This document shows positions 1-12,393 of a DNA stretch of 64,000 nt, one piece after another. Made by a program: the position numbers and the translations under genes. Each line of letters begins with the position of its first letter. Positions within the stretch are counted from its first letter, which is position 1. The stretch lies in assembly GCF_030144855.1 (NCBI RefSeq), contig NC_082731.1, positions 22,320,001-22,384,000 of the forward strand, written 5' to 3'. The DNA comes from Hypanus sabinus (lineage: Eukaryota). The notes under the pieces are model-generated. The model was not told where the DNA came from and did no database searches. It worked only from the letters and a program-made list of their open reading frames with translations.

Positions 1-357
1 AAAAAGAGAGATCATCTACATTTGGTCCATAAATATCTATCAAAACAGTTTTCCTTTTATAAATTATTTATTTAACAATCAAATGTCTGCCATTATTATA
101 GATTATAATGTCCTCCTGATTAAAAGAGTTATTGGTATCAATAAAAATAGAAACACCTCCAATTCTACCCTGAGAGTTTGCATGAAATTGTCAATCCACC
201 AAGATATAAAAACTCGATTCCTATCGGATAACCTGATACGCGTCACTTGAGCAAAGAGTATATCAATTTGGAATCGGTTAAGGATAGTAAAAGTTTTCTT
301 ACGCTTAACAGGATGGTCATTCCAACTTAAAACATTTAACTGTTTAGATATCATCAC
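1..357 (-). mobile_element. L1-clade LINE ORF2 fragment (N-terminal APE endonuclease), degenerate; runs off the window edge
   Basis: ORF 103..357 begins LNVLSWN..KRKK..DILFAQ (L1 endonuclease motif I/II). Bases 1-100 on the minus strand read GRHLIVK...LIDIYGPNVDD (NIYAPN motif). Confidence 0.7.
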
Positions 358-3300
358 GAGACTTTGTATCTAAGATGAATAGTTAGATGCATGTCTGGAT
401 AAAATAGTCGAAAATGGCGGAGATGAGCAACAATAATAATAATTTGCTTATGATTAGTGATTCCGTAATGGGGATAAATAAAAGAAATGAAAAATAAAAC
501 ACCCAAACTAAAAACTCATAAATAATTCGATATTATTCGACGCAAGCACAAAGAAAAGCAAAGAAGCGATAATAAACTTTTGTCTAACTCTTCCTAACAT
601 AAAACTCATTACAGTCGACATATATTTCAATATATACTTTAATTGTAAGGAAGAGTGTTCTTTTTTTTGTAGAACAATAACACTTTTAAAATATTAGATA
701 AGGTAAGCAAAACACATCCAAAATTTTTTTTGAAATGTTTTCACAAAAGAAAAACAATCGCTATCTTTAAATTATCCAATCTAACTTTAAAACTTAAAAA
801 AAGAATCCAAGTAATTACTTTAAAATATCTTTAAAAAACTGTCAAAAAAAAGTTAGTTCATTTGTTAGATAATTTTAGAGCTGAGGATATGTTACTGCGA
901 TATGAGATATGATGAGATTTTATTTTTTCTGTGCTGGCAGAAAAACACGCGCATTCTAATCGTTCTTTCCTGCACCCGGGGATATTTCTGTTTCATAAGT
1001 GACAGGTGCTGGAAGATGGAAATGGATTTCCATTAGAAAGAAGTATTCATTCGAAAGTGAAATCCTGCAGGGAAGTCCATGCAGTTATGGAATTATTTAT
1101 TTTTTTGTTTGTAACGGCGCTATTATCTGGACAGAAAACACACACACGGCGCCGGGAATGCAACTGCTGTCCTTCACTGATCGCCTTCAGACAGCTTTCC
1201 ATGCATGACAGTAAACCTGGAGGGAATAATTTCGGACTAATCATACTGGAGACATACTGGAGTGGTGGAGCTGAAGTTGAGTTTTGTTAATCAAATAGCT
1301 TAGTCTATTACCAGATTCTCAATGTAACAAATGAACTCAAAGCAGCAAACAGTCGGTAAAGATTTATGAAGCAGCAACTCTGGCAGAAACCAATGCTATT
1401 CAGCGGCCAAGTTGCAAGTACAATAGGATGCAAAGATTTCCTTTAATAGACTTCCTGCTTCTTCCCCCAATCGGGAACCTTTGACGAATTCGTCCTTTCT
1501 GTTCCTTGAACTGTCATTTCAACACCGTTTCAGTCATGATTTTTTAATTCATTGAGCATTCGATTACAATTAATAAATTAAGTTGAGTTAGCGCTTCGTT
1601 TTCCGGTTAGTTAAACCCCTCTTTAGTGCACTTCTGAGTCAGAATCCACAACCGGTCGCAGGAAAGGAGTCCACATGTTTCGACATCTAGAGGAGAGTCA
1701 CTTTAATTGCGATCATCTTAATCTTCGTTCTCTCTCGATTCTGTCGGTGTGGTGGTACTCACTGTGCTTCAAAGCTAACTCAAAAAGTAGGATGTTGCAT
1801 ATTATTCTGTGTTTGTATCTTCTAATACAGTTTAATTCAGGCAGTTAAAATACACATATTTATTCCGCTTGATTGGACTGCACATACCTTCTATCGAAAG
1901 CTTTCATGTTCTTGAATTGGCATATGTTACTTACTGTATCCGGTATCTGATATTTCATCGAATAAATTGACAATTATTGTTTCACGGCGATGTGAAAAGC
2001 AATGAGAAGCTCGATTTATATTACGAGGATTTTTTTTTTCTAATTAATCCGCGATGTCCTCTATACTTACCGTTCTCCTTCGCAGCGGATCGCGAAGCAC
2101 AGATAATAAATATGATACTTCTGCGTGATTTGCTGAATGTAGTAAAATTGACTGGAGATATGGTCTGTTTCCTATAATTTCCTGATACGCTTTCCGGCGA
2201 TTATGTGCACTAAAATTTGTTTCAATTTATCGGCCGGAGCAACAACTAGAACTACATCCAAGTCGTATATCAACGAGACTTTGAACAGAACACAGGGAAA
2301 GTACAAGACTGAATGGAATGGATCACTGTCAGACTCATCTAATTCAGAATGCAATACGGCATGAACCACATGTAATTTCTATCAACATTACCCCCAATAT
2401 AAATTGGATTAGGCAGGTCTTCATCAGACCTAAGTTTCGGAGTTTGAATTTATTATAAGGCTCATCATTTGTTTTACCTGTCATGTATCCTATAATTCAG
2501 GGAAAACTGCAGAATTTTTTATTTGTCAAAAGTTTCATTAGTATTACTGCCAGAGTATTCAATTTTCAAGTCTTTTTCGATCATCTAAACATGAAACAAT
2601 ATTTCATGTTAAGGCCATATGAACACGAGATCATAACACATGGGAGCAAAAGTAGGCTACACGATCCATTGACTCTGCTGCGCTATTCCATCATGGCTGA
2701 TTTATTTTCAGGCTGCAACGCAGTCTCCTTTCTTCTGCCCCTAATTTTGGCGCAATGACTATGCAAGTACTAGCGAACTTCGGACTAAATGCACCCAATA
2801 ACCCGCCTTAACTGCTGCGGTAGTATTCCCCAATTGATGGGTAACGAAATTCCTTCTAATTTCTTCTGCATTGACAACCCTCATTAACAAATCATGTGGT
2901 GTCTGGTCCTAGATTTACCAATAAATGAAGCATCATTTGCAGATTCAGTCGGTCCCAGTCTGTCAATAGTTAACGCTGCTGAATAATATTCTCCTCATTT
3001 TTCTAATCGTCAGCGAGTTTATGTCCAGAGTCGGTCACGTTTATCAGTTCCTCCTCTATTTGCTGTGAAAATCGCTTGCGATTGTCAGTAAACTTGTCTC
3101 TCCTCCATGGTTGTATCTTTCCTGGTTTGATGTGGGTTCTTATTTCGTTAATCAACCACATCTGCGAAGCCCTATCTTAGGAATTCGGATAGTCGAAATA
3201 AAACAAATCTACTTTCTTACCTTCTCTACATTTCCTTTTACTTCCCGATATAATTCCAAAAGATCTGTTATGGAAGTTGGAATCATGCTGGCTTAAACCA

Positions 3301-3934
3301 GTTCTATCCTGCTCCTCCATGTACCCTGAAACACCATGCGAAGCAATATAACATCACTCAACCTTGGCTCAATGACATCTGTTGCTAGTACTGTTCTTAG
3401 CTCTGGACCTCGTACAACAAAGTAAATTGATTCGTGCAATAATACATTTAATACAATTAAGAGACTACGGCATTTTGTCTCAGAATATATTTAATATTTG
3501 TAGAGAACAGATGCAGGTATTGCATTGTTTATACTGCAGCTTCCTACTTTGATTTTGGAACAGGGGATGTAACAGACTGAGTTGCTGCTTGTCAGTTTAC
3601 TGAAGAACTACTGCTTCAAAAATAAATTGGGAAGATAAGTTATTATATTTTTTTATTTTTTATCATTTTGCTGTACAACAAAATCAATGTAATTGAGTAA
3701 GATTTATTTACTTGATAAAAATAGTAATTTTCATTGTGTTGCCAATCACAGAATTTGAGCAAGTTTAATATTACACCTTGATAGTTTATTCCAGAAGCAA
3801 GAGGAATTTTCTTGAGGCACTGTCGAAGAAGAAAAGAAAAATAGGGGAGCCTCTTATTTCCCCCCGAAGCAATCGTTAGCCGAGATTAGTCTTTAACAGA
3901 CAAATTTATATCCTCAGATATTAGAAATCCAAGG

Positions 3935-4412
3935 AACACACACACACGATGTCGGAGGAACTCAGCAGGCTCGGCTGCATCTTCGAAAAAAGGTACAGTC
4001 GATGGTCCCTGCCGGGAGCCGTCAGCAGCATTGGAGATAAATAATCTAAGGAGTAGATTTATAAGATGGAAGGACGGTAGAGAGAACCAAATTATTATAG
4101 GTGAAGTCTGAATTGGGAGGTATGAGCTAAAGGGCTGGACTTGTTTTTATCTTGGTGAAAGGCATTCATGGATGAAGATTGTGTACACTTATAGAAGCGT
4201 ACAGGATCCCATAGATGAAAGAAAGGAGTGGAGGAGCAGCAGTGACAAAAGAAGGCGTGCAAAGAAATAAGGCGAGAGGCGGAAAAGTGGATGGGAAAAG
4301 TGGAACCGGGAGATTGGGGCGCTACAGTATGCTCATGAAGGATATGTTTATTCCATCAGGTTGGAAATTACCCAGGAGAAATATAAGTTGTTGTTCTTTC
4401 AGTCTGCGTGGC
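3935..4412 (-). mobile_element. Penelope-like element 3' region relic
   Basis: Starts aacacacacacacgatgtcggaggaactcagcagg and ends gttgttctttcagtctgcgtgg. It parallels the better-preserved copy at 8211-8890 (caaaatgctggcggaacgcatcagg ... tgttgttcctccaacc). Confidence 0.55.
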
Positions 4413-5817
4413 CGTTAATTGTACCTCAAGACTCCTTGGGCAACAATTATTCGAATTCCCAGAACGGCACAATGCATAAGACACTGTTCTAACAATTTTT
4501 TGTCTATCTGTCTATCGGAAAGCCATGACAAGTGTGCAAAATGACGATAAATTGCAAAACCTGCCTTATTTTTATTTATTGCTAACCAAGTTTTGCAAAG
4601 CGTCTTAAACTTCAATTAATTAACAAACAGATTTTTCTCCATTTGTTGATTTACCAAATAAATTATTTCCGAAGTGCAATCATATTGGGCTGAAAAAAAG
4701 TTAATTGAATTAAATATTCTAAATTGAAATCTTGAAGAAAAGGAGGTACATCGAATATTCAGCATTAGATATCACAATGTTTCCTCAATGTACGTGACAG
4801 GAGACAATTAACCCTACTTTTGTGTGCAACAATATGTCTGCGAAGGGAAGAATAAAAGCAGCAGAAGTGAAAGCGCACAGTAGGCACACTATTAAAATTG
4901 TGTCTGAGCTACCATATTTTTGTCATCTTAGAAGTTTAAATTCGAAAAAGTTGTGATTTTGAATATTTACCTTTACCATTCAACGAAAATCCTTTCATGA
5001 AACAATCACATGAACCTGCATACCAGATTGCCAAACAATATCAGTTCCACGGTATGGGAGATTAAAGTGAATGCATGTGTACTGAAAGTGGTTGAGCTCT
5101 ATGTGGACTGGAAGTGAGGGTGGAGAAAAACAAACTATAAAGTGTCCCTTCATCAAGTACTGCAATGCTTTTTCGAATATTTGACAATTATTTTTGCATT
5201 TTACAGCAAGACATTGGGACATTAACAACCTTGCATTTCCCAATCGGAATTCTATTGTAGGTGCCTACAGACATTTCAGTGCCGTCCGGTTTATGTTTTA
5301 ATTTTGTACGATCGTAGAGATCAATTCCTATTTTCTGTATCCATTAAAGAAACTGCAAAACACGTCAACGTTTTATGAATGGTAGAACATTTTTCGACAA
5401 GCCGGACGTTCACTAGAAGCAACAAATTATACCCCATGGACAGAGGGAGCTGTTTTGACACCAGGCATCGCGTCCGGTTTAGCTACCTCTGTGAACATGG
5501 AAACTCCTAACGCCGTTTTCACTCTTTATTTCTTGCGCAGATTTCCAATGGCAACCAAGACATTTTGAACAGCCCTGACATAAATCCTGTCAGCAGACAT
5601 ATACATTATCAACTATTTTTGAAGCATATCATTGAAGAATCATATTTTAAAGGACTTTGCCGAGAAGCCGCTACAGACTATTAACAAATTCCCCAAAACT
5701 GAAGTTCCTTAATTTTCAAGTGAAATTCTTGAAGCGCCTGTGAGACATCAGGACGTCTTCACGTTTTCACTTTTGCTGAAACATAAAGGGAATTGAAAAT
5801 GGAACAGTTTGAAATAA

Positions 5818-6182
5818 TGTGACAGGGACGTGGCAGGAAAACAAACCCAAGTTCAGTACTCCGACGCGGAGGAAGGATCAGGAGGCAGAATCTCCGCCGC
5901 GAGTGTACAATCGGGACCAGGCTGAGTCAGAACCTGGGAGACTTGGTTTACGAAGAGATATAGGGTTGACTGCTTGGAGCAAGTTTCCTCTCTCTCTGAG
6001 AGTCGAACAACAATCTGGCAAGGACTGACCGGAGCTGCCGGAGCCTTATCCTCTGGTGGCGAATGGAAATCAAGTGCTGGTGATTGAGCAGAATTGGAAA
6101 AGTCCGGGAATCAATTGTGGGGATTAAGCACAAATTAGGAGGGACAAGGAAAAGGTGGGGAATACTCGGCAGGACCATGACA
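5818..6182. mobile_element. Solo LTR (365 bp) with 5-bp target-site duplication
   Basis: Begins TGTGAC and ends ATGACA (TG...CA, imperfect inverted termini). Flanked by AATAA at 5813-5817 and 6183-6187. More GC-rich than the flanks and has no internal coding region. Confidence 0.75.
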
Positions 6183-8210
6183 AATAATGCAATGTACCTT
6201 TTGTCGGCTTGACTGACAGGTATTATTAACCACATGAATGAAATAAACGTTCCGATTTAATATCTTAAAGTCAGCATTATGGATGCTTCTGAAACTTTAT
6301 AAAATACACACATTCTTAGCGAAGCTGCGAAGCAACTAATAAAGACCGATTTCTATGCAAACTTTTAAGGCTAGAAAATTGTTTTACCAAGATAAATTAG
6401 GGGTAGATTTTTTTTTTCCAATTTGTCAGACGAAAGACATTTACGAACATCGAGAAACATTTATTACCTTTTTAAAAGAAGTTATCTCCAAGTTGATAAT
6501 TTAAATTCGCACATTGGATAGGCAATCCTTTGCTTTCAAATGAACACCACCTCGCAGATGCTGATCTTCTTAACTGATTGACCTTGGAACAACAGAAAAT
6601 ACTACAACCAGCATTTAATGCAAAATGCCTTGGGCAATTTTCACATCTTCACTTTGTTGAGCGAAATATGTGAGGCTGAATTAGAGTTTCAACAACGTAC
6701 TGAAAGTTTTCGAATCACGCAGTTCAACTCTTTTGACCTTTAAAGCAAAAACTAAAGGGAATCAAATACGAGATTATCATGGAGTTTTAAAAATATTATT
6801 GAGACATCTGCTGAGGACTGCGTCGAGTTATCGTACTGAACGCCAAAGAGGGGCAACGCAGATGCAAATTCTTTGCATGGGATGAGGGTGCTTCGTTAGG
6901 ACGAGAGTCTAGTGTGCCTGGGTTTGCTCTGCGAAGTGCGTCAGTCAATAAGAAAGGGAAGTCATAAAATGACTGGCATAGTTAAGCTGACTGCAGGGGA
7001 AAAATCCTATCGCTTAAGTACAAAGACATGCACTGACATTTTTCCAATGGAAGTTGACAGGGCCCTGCTTCATTTGCTGAGCGCTAATTACTGGAAATTA
7101 TCTCAAGGAGACGTTCGTTGCAGATGGTCAGCTGACAGTAATACAGAGGTATGCATATAGAGAAAGAATCTACACGAGACGGAAGATTGTGCTCCCACTT
7201 GCTTAGAGATCCTTATTAATGAAATCACCCCACCCGTCAGTCTGCAGCGAATTAGACTGCAGCACAAGCTTAAATGCTGAACCAAAAAGATCTATATTTT
7301 TAGATCTATATTTTATACTCATTATTTACGATATAACAGAGTGTTCAAAGGCAAGAATTTAGTCTCTCATTTCCAGAATATCCGTGTGTATTCATCATCT
7401 CAAAAGTTAGTCTCGTAAGTATCTTTAAGGATTTGAAGCAACTTGATATTGTGCATCGGTCAGTGCCATCGAGCAATACCTCTTGAATGTACGTTACTTT
7501 GTTTAACCTGCTCTTTGTAATACCAGTTCAACTTCGTAATTCCTTATAAATACAGTAACCGGAATATTTTCTTACAGTGTTCTTGCTTTGTTCCGTGTTC
7601 GCCCTAAGAAAACATTACATAATGTTGCATGCGTTAAGTAGTGTAGCGTTTCTTTCTTTTACGGGCTGCCAGCTGAACAACGCGTGCACTTTTCTGTGCA
7701 ATGCTGCGATGCACTACATATATGTTATTTTTCTTCACCGTGCCTTGCTTTCTCTGTGGACAACACAATACTGAGCGGATAGATGTTTTATTTCTTGGGA
7801 AAGGACTGCAGCAACATCATTTGTTTTTCAGTCCAAGCATTACATTTGCTCCATCTTACGTAAATATATTTTTTTTTAAATAGGAAGCATATTGTTGGTG
7901 ATCATTTTTTCTTGCTTCAACTATTGTCATGCGGCTCGTGCAGATTGTTTAAGAAGTCTCGCAAAAACTGACTCATTTGTCTGTTTCCTTTCCAGTCGAA
8001 TTTTAAAGTACAATGTTAACATCGTCTGCACAAAATTGCGGTTACGTTGTTCAAAATTTGCACATGGAAAGCAAATTTCACTAAAGTCTTCAGTTTTCTT
8101 TTTGGTATAATGACAAATTATAGACCATGTTTAAATACGTTATTTCTAGTAGTGACGGTACTGCAATCAATTTCCAATTTTACAATTTCAGAAACAAATA
8201 CTTCATTCAG

Positions 8211-8890
8211 ACAACACACACAAAATGCTGGCGGAACGCATCAGGCCAGGAAGCATCCATATTGAGAAGCACTACTGACGTTTCGGGCCGAGACCCTTCG
8301 TCAGGACTAACCGAAGGAAACAGATTAAGAGATTTGAAAGTAGGAGGGGGAAGGGGAAATGCGAAATGATAGAAGTCCGGAGGGTGTGAGGTGAAGCTGA
8401 GAGCCGAAAAGGTGATTTGGCAAAAGGCATACAGGGATAAAAATGGAAAGGATCACGGGACGAGATGCCTAGGGAGAAAGAAAGGGGAGTGGGGGAGAGC
8501 ACAAGGCAGAACAGGCAGAGGTTGGGCAGAAAGAGGAGAAAAAGGAGGGGGAAAAACTACATATTTCAGGGATGGGGTAAGAAGAGGAAATGGACCATAA
8601 CGGAAGTTGGAGAAGTCAATGTTCATGCCAACAGGTTGGAGGCTGCCCAGTCGGTATTTAAGGTGTTGTTCCTCCAACCAGAGTGTGGTTTCATCTTGGC
8701 AGTAGAGGAGGGCATTGATAAAAATATCATCATGGGAATGGGACTTGGAATTAAAATGTGTGTAGGTGAGATGAGATGAGATGACCTGAGAGCATAAGTG
8801 TTCAGCGAAAACGCTCTACCAGTCGTACTCTGAACAACTACGCTCTGACCGCCAGAGAAAGCAGGATCTCATAGTGGCCACACATTATAA
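8211..8890 (-). mobile_element. Penelope-like element: GIY-YIG endonuclease C-terminus plus 3' UTR, with a short inverted piece at 8828-8890
   Basis: Minus strand translates RFAEHL...THFNSKSHSH...EEQHLKYRLGSLQPVGMNIDFSNFR*. The gacgtttcgggccgagacccttcgtcagg motif is at 8277-8305. The plus-strand tail reads as a degenerate EHLRSVRQRKQDL.VATHF. Confidence 0.8.
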
Positions 8891-8949
8891 ATCCAAATAA
8901 TATATCTTTAATATACTTAAGACAGGGTGGATTCGTTTTATTTTTGTAT

Positions 8950-9080
8950 AGTAGTAGAAAAATGGGCTATCGGGAAAACAAGCAGGTGTAGCTGAGTCCA
9001 TGGCTATGATCTTATTGAATAGTGGGGCAGGGTCGAAAGGACAAATGGCTTATAGTTGCTCCTATTTCTTATATTAATTT
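8950..9080 (+). mobile_element. CR1-type LINE 3' end fragment
   Basis: ggctatgatcttattgaatagtggggcagggtcgaaaggacaaatggcttatagttgctcctatttcttat matches the CR1 3' UTR stem-loop/tail seen at 17920-18000. Confidence 0.5.
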
Positions 9081-10488
9081 CTGATCTAGGCAATGAGCAG
9101 GCACTACGCTTTGCCCTTACACCTTTGATAGATCCATACCACCACAACAGTTCCCTAGAATAACCATTTGTTAGCGCCACGGTCTTAATCGATCAGCAAA
9201 CCAGTATATTTTAAGAGGGCCGAAAAGAAAACAGGGGCTGTTGGAAATCGTTCTGCATTATGAATGGAGAGTGTCGTACTCTCGCAAGCATTTGCCGTGC
9301 CTCATTTTAATTCTGTTGCTGGCGGAAAAGTAAAGCAACATAAGTGTTTTTTTTTACTGCATCTGGGATTATTTAAAGATCACTTACAGAAACAGCTGGG
9401 AGGTAAAGAATGGAATGGTTTTGAGAAAGAAATATTCCTTTGTAAATAAAATCATGTTCTGAGAACTATTTTCAAAGGTTTTACCCAAAATCTACTTTGG
9501 TATTAACAATGTTATCCTGTCCAAGAAATACAGCCACTTTGCTGAGAGCGCCGTGAAGGCAGGTCATCCCGCTTTCCCATTCCTCCCCCCATAGTTTTTC
9601 AGCAAATATTCCATGCACAGCAGTATGATTGCAAAGAACGATCAAAGAAAGTTCCCACCGCAGACCCATTTCAGAGTGCTGAATGAATCTGTCCGTTTCA
9701 GTTGATAGAGCCTTAGTCTATTATTAAATTCTCCCTGTTCACCAGTGAATTCAGAGCAGCTAATACTCGGTACAGTTTTATGCAGTTTCAATAGCGGTAG
9801 AATGCAGTGCCATCCAGTGCTCAAGCTGAAAATGCAATCTCAAGGTGAACATGCCTCTTCCTTGACTTTCTGCCTAAGCCCCCCAATTTATAACCTTTGA
9901 TGAACGCGTCATTTATTTCGATGGATACTCATTTCGACGTCATTCCAACGAAGATCAGTTTGATACAAGAGAGTACTGAATTGCATCTTGAATAAATGAT
10001 TGTGTTAGTTGTTCGTAGGCCAGAAAACACTTTCTCTCTGTGGTGCTATTCTGGGTCAGGATCTTTCATCGGTCGGAAAGGAGAAGTCAACATAATGTGA
10101 CATGAAGCCGAGAAGCATTTAATTGCACGCGTCATGAACTTCATTTTTTTTTTCAAATATGATAATGTGGCGATAATCCTTGTCCTTCGTAATATATTGA
10201 TTTGGCAGAAATTCATTAATTGTATTATATATTCGCTGGTGTATATGCAACACCAATTAAATTGTGTCTCTTGAAAACAATGGAGTCTGATTGTGTTTTA
10301 TTAGATTAAATGTATATTCAATTAAATGTTCTTCATTACCTTGAAAAGGCCAACGTTCCTTTATGTTAAGTGCTGCCAGTATTGTGACGATTCTTAGAAT
10401 AAATTGAAAACCTGTTAAAATCTAAGATTTTAGTTCGTAACATGGCGTGTTATTCACCTCTGTAGAATGTAGTCACTAATGGCGCTAA

Positions 10489-11496
10489 AGATGTGACTAA
10501 ACATATTAACGAAGGAAGAGCAGTAGAAGTATTGTATATGAATTTCATCATTTGATAAGTTACCCCACACAAGGATTATAGAGAAAGTAAGGATGCATGG
10601 GACACAAGTCGCATTGCTTAGTAGATCGAGGACTGGCTTGCCCACTGAAGGCAACGAGTGAATGTCGACAGTTCATATTCTGCATGGAGGTCTTTCACCA
10701 GTGAAGCGCATCAGGGATCTGATAGGGGACAGTTACTTTTTCATGATTTTTGTAAATTACCTGAATATAGAAGAGGGGGGATATGCTCATTTGGTTCATT
10801 TTGGTAGATCAAATATGCTGGCAGAATATAGTATTAATGGTAAGACTCTTCGAAGTGTGGAGGATCAGTTGGATCTCGAGTTCCGAGTCCACAGGACGTT
10901 CAAAGCAGCTGAGCAGGTTAGCTCAGTGGTTAAGAAGACGTACTGTGTATTGGCCCTCATCAATCGTGGAATTGAATTTATTAGCTAAAAGGTAATGTTG
11001 CTACTATATAGTATCCTGGTGAGACACCATTTTGAATATTGTGCTCCTTTTTGATTGCCTCATGACAGGAAAGGCATCGAAGCCTGAGAAATGGTGCAGA
11101 GGAGATTCACAAGCCTTGGACCGTCGAAGGATGAGAGGTGACCTGATACAGATGTATAAGATGTTAATTAGCGTTGATCGTGTTGACAGACAGTTTTTCT
11201 TTTTTTCTTTCCCCCAGAGCTAAAAGAGTTGCAACTGGAGGAAAGAAGTGTAATCTGATGGGGAGAAGTTAGAAATGAAATGTCAGGGGTAAGCTTTTAC
11301 TCAGAGACTGGTGAGTGCGCAGAATCAGGCTGCCAATTAATGTTGTGGAGTGTCTTTTAAGAAACTTTTAGACAGGTACTTAGAAAACAGAGGGATATAG
11401 GAAAGCCTAGTAATTTCTAGGTTAGTGACATGTTCAGCACAACCTTGTGTGCGGAAGGGCATGTATTGTGCTGTTGATTTTCTATGTTTCTATGTT
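10489..11496 (+). mobile_element. 5'-truncated, internally deleted CR1-type LINE (RT to 3' tail)
   Basis: ORF pieces include EYSINGKTLRSVEDQLDL..VHRTFKAAEQVSSVVKK and RRMRGDLIQMYK. Ends in a (TTCTATGT)n tail. Flanked by 59-bp imperfect direct repeats at 10430-10488 and 11497-11555. Confidence 0.85.
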
Positions 11497-12393
11497 TTAG
11501 TACGTAACATGACGTGTTACTCAACTCTGTAGCATATCGTCTCTAATGGCTCTAACTATAGTTCACATTATTTGCATTCAGTGTTTCGTGTGGATGCAAA
11601 GAAGAATGACGAGGTTACGCTCAATAGTGAAGATTGCTTTACTCACACTGGGACGTCATGCATCATTGCCCTTCCACAACGCAGCGTGCTGATACGTAGA
11701 ATGATAAAGACAAATAATCGACGTGATTTGGAGTGTGTAACGAACTCTACTGGTGATATCAGTTTTCTCCATTTTTAATGTTTTTTTTTACTGTTTATTT
11801 GCGTGGGAGTATGTTGCAAGCGGGTAGATATCTCCAGCGGATTGAGTGACTTCTGCAGCTACTTCAATGTCATACATTGATCAAATCTCAGAGGAGAAAA
11901 TGTGAGGGGGATGACGGAAGGAGTGGGGTAGCTGACTGAACTCTTTTTTTTATTTCGATGCAACGCCTCATAATCTCAAGTTTTGAATTGCCGTTTAATT
12001 TGTGTCATCACTAATCTTTCGAAGAAAGATCATTGAAAACTCGCCGACAATCAGACGTAATTTTCGAAGTTGCTAGTTATTAAAAGACTGATAATTGGTT
12101 TACCTGGCCTATAACCTGTCCTTTGTGAAAAAAGTAAATAAATCAGAGAATAATCTTTTTTTGTTTGTTTTTATAAATTTTAAATTTTAGAAAATTTCAA
12201 GAATAAAAGAGATGACGAAATAGTGAGAAAAATAATATTAACCCTCCCCCCTCCCCTTAACACTCCACCCCTTAACCCTTACCTAAAGAAAGAAAAATAT
12301 TGGAGGATCCCCACATGCTCCATGGAGTTCAAAATAATTTTAATATTTATTTTTACTTTTACCAAGTACTTTATAACTTTATCTTCAAAGGAC

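Noticed and set aside
1087-1129. Leader-like MELFIFLFVTALLS-G on the + strand
   Set aside because: Followed by GA rather than a GT donor. No Cys/Trp-anchored V exon or RSS downstream.
6950-7270. Scattered V-like words (GKILSLK, YW, NLHETEDCA)
   Set aside because: Inconsistent frames and spacing, and no credible RSS.
9440-9800. LLWY*Q and FSL.TSEFRAANT V-like words
   Set aside because: The Trp-to-Cys distance is about 95 codons (too long) and there is no heptamer.
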